From: the human T2T-CHM13v2.0 reference genome, Homo sapiens
NCBI RefSeq assembly: GCF_009914755.1
Contig: NC_060934.1
Strand: one strand, 5' to 3'
DNA: 64,000 nucleotides
In this document: positions 56,524 to 64,000 of the stretch, piece by piece
Position numbering within the stretch: position 1 is the stretch's first letter
How the letters are laid out: each line of letters opens with the position of its first letter
Made by a program: the position numbers and the translations under genes
The notes under the pieces: generated by a model
Databases searched by the model: none
What the model was told of the DNA's origin: nothing
What the model saw: the letters and a program-made list of their open reading frames with translations, nothing else

Positions 56524-57140
56524 TGACTTCTAGGAGTTAAGAAGAAATCACTTAGGCAGATAGTAAGGGTATGGGAGACTTCAGTAACTTTACTTTTTAA
56601 TGAAAAGCAGCCCCAAATCATTTTCTAACAAAGAGTAGCCTGTAAAGTCGAGCTGCAACTGTAGACAAGCCAGCTGGGAACTTGCATGGGTGAATGCTGG
56701 CAGGAACTAGGGACTAGACATGTTCAAGATGGAAGCTCTATCTTTGCTTCTCTGCCAGCCACGTGTACAGTAAGAAGCAGACAAGATGGCACTGGCCAAG
56801 GGAAGAATTCATTTGTGTAATAAGATTATGGTGGGGCAACCAGCCTTCTGTATGCACTATGTAAACATCATACCTGATTGAACCTATCTGTGAGTCCTGT
56901 GTAAATCAGACATTGCTTCCTCTCAAGCCAGACTATAAAATCCAGTGCATCTGCCACCAGCCGATCTTCCCTCTTGGAAGTCCCCTCTCCCTTACTAGAG
57001 AGAGAATGCTGTTTTCCTTTCTCTTTCTTCTGCCTATTAAACCTCTACTCCTAAACTCCTTGTGTGTGTCAGTGTTCTAAATTTTCCTAGCATGAGATGA
57101 CGAACCCCAGGTATACAACACAGACAACGTAGCTGTTTCA
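56524..57140 (+). mobile_element. 5' LTR (LTR9-like)
   Basis: aggagttaagaagaaatcacttaggcagatagt..., TATAAAA at ~56934, ATTAAA 57036-57041, ends TTTCA. Exact left end uncertain. Confidence 0.9.
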
Positions 57141-57143
57141 TAT

Positions 57144-57162
57144 TGGGGACCTCATCCAGGAT
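57144..57162 (+). promoter_or_regulatory. Primer-binding site, tRNA-Pro-like
   Basis: TGGGGACCTCATCCAGGAT versus the Pro PBS TGGGGGCTCGTCCGGGAT, 3 nt after the LTR. Confidence 0.75.
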
Positions 57163-57758
57163 ACCAAGTTACAACAGTCATCAAAATGGTGAGTAGAGGA
57201 GTGAACTCCAACTCTGTCCTTTCATTTTGGGGCTCTTGGACTCCATTTTAAAACCAAATCAAACCAAATACTGGGCCACCTTTAGCCATTTAAAAATGAG
57301 TAGCATGGATGCTAGCCTTATAAGACTTAGGGGACAGGCTTGCTGGGGAGAACATAGAGAATGCCCCAGTACCCGTGTGTTGCTGAGCATGTTGGCCATA
57401 TTTGTATCAGCTTCCTTTCATGGAAGACAGCCATCACTTGAGGCTGGAAGAGGTTCTGGGGCAACTGAGGATTTCTGGCTACCCCCCGGTGTTATCCAAA
57501 GACATCTGGACTGACACCAGCCTCCAACTGCCTTATGGGGTGTCAGCAACAAGATCTCCAACTTTTCTATCATAATTTCCTCCTTTCCTTTCCGCAACCA
57601 CCATATCGTCTATCCTCTCTGTGTATGCAATGTGTGGGAAGTTTTACGGTTCAGGGAAGTAATCTTGTTAGGCAAGATCAGGGAATGCATAGTAACTGGG
57701 GAAGGGAAGGCATCTTTCTGATTTTCTACAGAGGGTCCCCTCCACCACAGTGAGCATC

Positions 57759-57970
57759 ACTCTTTGCCCTTGGTCTAGAGAGCACAAGTCATTTTCAGAT
57801 TCTCTCTGCCCTCGATCTGGAGAGTGCATCACACTTCCAGGTCTCTCTCTGCAGTTGGTCTGGAGAGCACATGGCATTTCTAGGTATCTCTTTGCCTTTG
57901 GTCTGGAGAGCACATGGCATGTCAAGGTCTCTCTCCCATTGGTCTGGAGAGTACATGGCATTTCAAGGTC
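57759..57970 (+). repeat. Five diverged ~42-bp tandem units in the proviral leader
   Basis: Repeated core ttggtctggagagcacatggcat. Confidence 0.9.
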
Positions 57971-58767
57971 AACAGCACCACCTAGTGGAAGAGGGAACCT
58001 GTCCATGAGGCACATTGTCAGTCCTTTACCTAAATATTCTATCTTCCCAATTATCTTCCCCTTTTGCTCCTTTCTACTAGAAATTAGGCTTCATGTTGCT
58101 TCTATAAACCAGAAAATCCTGCCTTCAACAACTAGGAGTAAAATATTCTCCAAAGCCAAATTTTAGTCTTGATACTGTTCCATAGCAGGAAAATGGCCAT
58201 TTGGTCCCTCCATTCTTTTAAGGCACCTATTCCTCCTCGAATTAGAATGGTACTTAATTAGTAAGGGGATTTTAAGTTTGGAAGTTAACCAGAACCATTC
58301 TCTAAGGGTAAATGCTTTAGTATGCTATACTAAATCATATTTAAATTTAGCATACTAAATTATCTGGCTATAATAGCAGGATACAGACCTCAAACCAGTA
58401 TACTTCCACCATTAAAGAAGGAAGTGCAAAAGTTGCCCAAATGTAATTGTCACATAGTCTCTCCCAAGATCCATTCTTTTGAGGAGCCAGGCGGGTCACA
58501 CAAGTCTAGGAAGTCAAAGGGAAATCACAGGCAGAGGACTAGATCTGCATGGGTGAGTGTGACTAATCCCAATATCTTAGTTCCTCTGGTTCCATGGCTG
58601 GGGGTCACACCTGGAACGATGGGCATTGCATCTAACAAGGTGCGGGGACCCAGGAACCAAGGAAGGAAAACAGCAGGGGGGCCGTGCCCATCGTCTTCCT
58701 CTCCACCCTGGGTCACAACAAAAGGAAGGAGACTAAAGGGATGCCTTTTTCTCACTTCTCTTTCTAG

Positions 58768-60277
58768 ATGGGTAAGAGATTATCTTCAGCCTATACCCCT
58801 CTGGAGTGCATTCTGAAGCACTGGGATTCCTTTGACCCTATGACTTTGAAAAAAAAAAGTGGCTCATTTTCTTTTGCACAAGGGCTTTACCTTCTTACCC
58901 TCTTGAACCAGCCTGGCCTTTGGAAGGGAGCCTTAATTTTAATATCCAACAGGTAGGTCTTTTCTGCAGATGGGAGGGAAAATGGTCCAAGGTACCTTAT
59001 ATACAGGCTTTCTTTGCCCTGTGAGACAACCCAGACTTTTGCAAGTGTTGCACAATCAACCCAGCCCTTTTAGCAATAGTATTAGGCAGCCCCAAATGGA
59101 ATGATTCCCCAAGACTAGAAAAGCAACTTCTGGGGAAACCACCTGAGGCAGCTATTGAGTCCGCGAGCCCTTCCAGTCCCCCTTATCTAAGACCACCTCC
59201 AACAATGCCACCAGCTCTTCCACCTCTGCCATTTCCAAAATTCTCCACTCCCCCACCCTCACTCTGACCCAGACAGGAAGTGCCCAATGGAGGTGATGTC
59301 ACTAGGATTCAAGTTCCCTTCTCATTGTATGACCTTAGGCAAGTAAAGGGAGACTTAGGCTGATTTTCTGACCCTGACAGGTATATAGAGGCCTTCCAAA
59401 ATGTAACTCACATATTTTACCTCTCATGGTGGTATGTTACGCTGCTCCTAAGCCAAACTCTAACCATAACTGAGAAGCAGGCAGCTCTGCAGGCAGTAGA
59501 GAAATTCAGAGAGGAGCAAAATGTCTCCTACAGTCGGCCTAAGAGGAAAGGAGAAAATAGGGAAGGCAAAGAGATAATGGAAACACCATTCTCAAATGGA
59601 AAAGGAAGTAGAAGGAAGTAGTTCCTCTAGACAATGCTAATTGGAACCCCTATGATGCTACAGATGAATGGAAAAGGAAACATTTTTTAATGTGCATATT
59701 GGAGGGCCTATGAAGAACTACAATCAATCCTCTTAATTACTCTGTCTGTGATAGATCAAAAGCCAGATGAGAATCCTGCAGCCTTTATAGAAGGACTGAG
59801 AGAGGCTCTAATAAAGCACACCTCCCTATCCTCTGAGTCAGTGGAGGGACAGCTAATCCTAAAGGACAAGGTTATTACACAGGCAGCTCTTGATACTAGA
59901 AGGAAACTATAGAAGTAGGCTTTAGGACCAGATAGCACTTTAGAGAACATCCTGAAGGTGACTACCTCAGTCTTTTATAACAGGGACCAGGAGGGGGACC
60001 AGCAGTAGACCAGGAGAAAGAGAGGAAGCAAAAGAGAGGGTCAGAGGCTCTAGTAGCTGCCTTATAGGCTTGCAAAGCCTAGGATCCCTGAGGTGCATCC
60101 ACCAGTTGCTATCAGTGTGGCAAGTCAGGGCACATTAAGAAAACACACCCAGGCAGCAAGAAGAAACCACCACAACCCTGTCCAGCATGTGGTGGGGACC
60201 ACTGGAAATTGGACTGCCCCCAGAGATGAAGGTTACTGGGTTCAGAACCAGTCTCATGGATGGACCAACAGGACTGA
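58768..60277 (+). pseudogene. gag: Gamma-like gag, multiply disrupted
   Basis: [24 protein letters not shown] start, proline-rich region and MHR-like DQKPDENPAAFIEGLREAL. Also zinc knuckle CYQCGKSGH and terminal QQD*. Confidence 0.9.
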
Positions 60278-60680
60278 TGGCTCCCGGGGTTGGAACCCCC
60301 AGATCCAGTGGCTCAAACTTCATTACAGCACAGGAGCCCTAGAGGAAATTGAAGGAAGGAAGATAGATCTCCTTCTAGACACTGGAGCCAGGCTCTCTCT
60401 TCTCCTCTCTAATCCAGGCCTTCCTTCTTCCCATAGCACAACTGTGAGCGGTGTCTCAGGAAAAACTCTAATTTGATACTTTTCTCAACCCCTTAGTTGC
60501 AAATGGGGAAATCTACTATTTGCACATGCCTTTTTAATCGTGCTAGAAAGTCTCACTCATTTATTAGGTAGAGGCATTTTAGCTCATATGGGGACCAGCC
60601 TCCTTATGGCCCCAGGACAATCTCTTTGTCTCCTCCTAGTGGAAGCTGATATCAATCCAGAAGTGTGGGCAACTCAATGA
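60278..60680 (+). pseudogene. pro: Retroviral protease remnant and first codons of RT
   Basis: Active-site motif LLDTGA, LLGRGIL and INPEVWATQ, with internal stops. Confidence 0.88.
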
Positions 60681-60684
60681 AGTC

Positions 60685-60980
60685 TTAAGTGAAACATGCT
60701 GCTTCTGGATCTCTAGTCAAGTAGAAGAAAACCTACAGATGCTTTAAGATCAAGTTAAAAATCACTGACCAGTTAAGAGAAAATGCAAGCTCCAGCCCTG
60801 AATTACTACAAAACCTCTTTAATGAATTCCAGTCTTCTTTGTGGAACTGGTCAGCTCCATTATTAAACCCCTTCTTGCTCAAATGTTTTATACTAATGTT
60901 TGGACCTTGGCTACTGAATACTGTAACTCAAATAGTACCCTCTCACCTAGAAGCAATCCAACTTCAAATGGTGCTGTAGA
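60685..60980 (+). pseudogene. env: env TM C-terminal remnant
   Basis: ETCCFWI (end of the CX6CC motif), hydrophobic stretch with FGP and ...LEAIQLQMVL. Confidence 0.8.
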
Positions 60981-61150
60981 CCGAACGATGCATGGGCACA
61001 CCTTTCTTCCAAGGACCCTTAGATCACCCGCAGGAGGAGCCCTCGCTGCTGTTCTCCACACAATGCCCCTTTTCAGCAGGAAGTAGCCAGAAAGAGTCAT
61101 CACCCAAAACCCCCTAACAGCAGTTACGGTTACCACTCCTGAGGAGGGAA

Positions 61151-61760
61151 AGCTACAGGAGTTAAGAAGAAATCACTTAGGCAGATAGTGAGGGTAGGGG
61201 AGCCCTCAGTTGGGCTTTTCTTTTTAATAAAAAGCAGCTCCAAATCATTTTCTAACAAAGAGTAGCCTGTAAAGTCGAGCTGCAGACATAGACAAGCAAG
61301 CTGGGAGCTTGCATGGGTGAATGTTGGCAGGAACTATGGACTAGACATGTTCAAGATGGTGGCTCCATCTTCGCTTCTCTGCCAGCCATGTGTACAGTAA
61401 GAAGCAGACAAGATGGCACTGGCCAAGGGAAGAATTAATTTGCATAATAAGGTTAGGGTGGAGCAACAAGCCTTCTCCACGAGCTATGTAAATGTCATAC
61501 CTGATGGAACTAATCTGTGAGCCCTATGTAAATCAGACACTGCTTCCTCAAGCCGTACTATAAAATCTAGTGCATCCGCTGCCAGCCAGTCTTTCCTCTT
61601 GGAAGTCCCCTCTTTCTCACTAGAGAGAAAGCTGCTTTCCTTTCTCTTTCTTCTTCCTAAACCACTGTTTCTAAACTCCTCATATGTGTCTGTATCCTAA
61701 ATTTTCCTGGCATGAGACAACAAACCCAAGGTATATACCCCAGACAACGTAGCCACTTCA
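61151..61760 (+). mobile_element. 3' LTR (LTR9-like)
   Basis: Preceded by PPT GAGGAGGGAA (61141-61150), direct repeat of the 5' LTR, ends CTTCA. Confidence 0.92.
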
Positions 61761-64000
61761 AAACCCACCTATGTCTAGGTAGTGATCCCATGCTGAACTG
61801 CCAATTATCCCTACTGCATTTGTTGTTTCTCCCTGGTTTTCTTATTTATAGTTTTGCACAACCAGAGACAGGCCTATTGCTTTTGATGGGCTTGTTGGGC
61901 TCTTCAGCTTTTGCTTTTTCACAGCCTTCAGATTGGGTCAGAGCTGATTTACTGACTCTCTCACATTCTCTGTTCTTCCTTTTGCATGAGTCAGAAAATC
62001 AGTGAGTAAAAGAAAGTGAGTCAAGATGAGAGACTAAGCTTATATGTCTCTTCCTCATCTCTCCTAAAATCAGATGGTATTTCAGAAACATAAAACACTA
62101 AAAACGTTGAAAAAACATATTTTTAGACCAAAAAATAAGGATCTGTAAAATAGACAACAGAAAAAATAGGAAAAGAATCTCTGCAAAAGAAGACTGCTCT
62201 GGAAGTAATCTAGTGATCAAGAACCATCAACTGCTGAAGACAGTGAGTGTCATGAATGATAAAAAAGAATTTAATAAACAGAAAATAAAATGATTCCCAA
62301 AGAGACTAAAGATAACAAATGATCAAAGATATTAAAATCAATAAATCAATACTGTTAGAAAAAAAGAGATAATGATTGCATCCAATTAAATAAGACAAGA
62401 AGTCTTATATAGAACATATTTCTGAGAATCATAAGTAAAATATGAATTAATTGACAAAGGCCATAAAATTGAAAAAAAAGTCATAGCCCAAAGTAAAATT
62501 GTCAGATATTCAAAATTTGTGTGTTGAAGGTAAGCTGCAAATTCGTCTAAGAGCTGCTTAAAAGCCAAAGCAAATTCCAAAATACAATTTGATACACAAA
62601 TTACAGGGCTTACAAAATAATAAAACAAACAATTGATAAAGAGAAATTGCAGCTAGTCTCTTAGTGGAAGCTAAAAGAAAACTCTCCCACAGGTTTTCAT
62701 AATGATAACATGCTCATCGACGTCTCTACAGCAAATATAATAACCGTGTTCATAAGAAGGTTTGTTAGCACATCCCTCAGGTCAAAAATGATTATTATTA
62801 TTTGAAAGCATTTTTCCTTCCTCTCTTTAAATTTATATTAGCCTAGTGACCCTTGGCTTTTGTGGGAATGTACAGTATGACTCTACTTAGAAGTTACATT
62901 GGTCCTGATGTCAGCTTATAAAACTCTCCTTTGCCTCAGGCTTCCTGTAAAATCCATCTGATCTCTTTTAATTGTCACCATGAATTCCTGATTCTAGATG
63001 GTGCCTCTAAAAGAATAACCAGGAGAATGCCTTTAGTCTCTAATAAAAACAGAGTATTTATGTGGAAGGGAAATGATAGAGACCAGTTTTGCAGCAAGTA
63101 AATTCTGAAACATTCCCTTATCTAGAATTACTTGGACAACAGAAGAAATTGTTTCTATGGCTGTGTTGATATAATAAAATGTAACTAAGCTTGTTATGAT
63201 AAATAATTTGCTATCAAATATATACAATTTATTTGAAAATAAGAGGAAAATAAAAGAAAAACAAACCTACATTCCTGTTGGAGTGCTGACAGCTTGATAG
63301 TAATACGAAACTATGATATTTCAATTCTTGTTGCTAGGGAGATTCTAGAGAACAGATATAAACACAGAAAAAGTCAAAGTAACTGGCACATTTTTATCAG
63401 TTAGCTTTAGTCCCAAAGCTGAGTTTTATGGATGTCAGCTTCCCCAGTCTTTCCCTCTGTTCCACCCCCTGTTGATAAAAAGAAGAGAATTCGGCATTTG
63501 GTATTAAATAATCACTACATGTGACATCAACTCCAGTGTATTCCAGAGGTTCAACAAAATTAGCCTATTGCAAGAAAGAGGAAGCCCCGACTAGCTAAGA
63601 GAAACTGACCAGTCTAAAAGTCTGACCTCTGGTCATAGCTAGCATTTTGACTTACTTTGTATGGTCAACTCTGCCAAGCTTTAATTTGGTTCTGATATTC
63701 AAAGAGAATTAATCCAGAAATGACAGAAGGAGCTCATGTATAAAGAGGAAGAAGGGTCATTGATCTGATCATGAGTTTATTTACAATAAGACATTAGCTT
63801 GTGGCTGATGATTCAGGAAAAGATTCACCTTTGCAGGAGGGGATGATGAAAAAGTCTAGGTAGCATGCCTAAGATTGGGCAAGTATACCAGGATTCAGAG
63901 ACAGATTTGTTTTCTGACTCACTCAAGGTCTAGGATGAATAAGCCACAAGGGAGAGGACTAGTCATATTGAATCCAATAGGGCAGGAAGCTGAGGTTAAT

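Larger units (their letters stand above)
56524..61760 (+). mobile_element. Defective class I (ERV1) provirus, LTR9/HUERS-P3 type; pol and most of env deleted
   Basis: Paired ~610-bp LTRs, Pro-type PBS, gag-pro remnants, env TM tail and PPT. Family name from recalled consensus. Confidence 0.9.

Noticed and set aside
57759-57970. Regular ~42-bp array as a novel array system
   Set aside because: Head-to-tail diverged tandem units without spacers, in an ERV1 leader where such repeats are common.
62050-62650. A-rich tract, possibly an old L1/HAL1 fragment
   Set aside because: Too diverged to assign by eye.

Overview
Primate (human/ape-type) gene-poor genomic DNA with no supportable intact protein-coding gene, RNA gene or CRISPR array. 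It is dominated by nested transposable elements. These include several L1 copies (one near full length, one with a twin-priming inversion), seven-ish Alus and MIRs, MaLR LTRs (THE1, MST, MLT1), solo ERV1 LTRs and a MADE1 MITE. There are also two defective two-LTR proviruses. The first is a beta-like HERV-K(HML-6)/LTR3B-type element at 1949-6805 and the second is an LTR9/HUERS-P3-type class I element at about 56524-61760. The first provirus is the most unusual object. It has a perfect 6-bp TSD and a ~1.8 kb polypurine expansion in its leader. It keeps only short scraps of gag, dUTPase, RT and IN, and a Rec/env-leader-like mini-ORF runs into what looks like a captured class I (MER41-like) 3'UTR/PPT/LTR start. 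Family and subfamily names come from recalled consensus sequences and need Dfam/RepeatMasker confirmation. Boundaries of old repeats are approximate.
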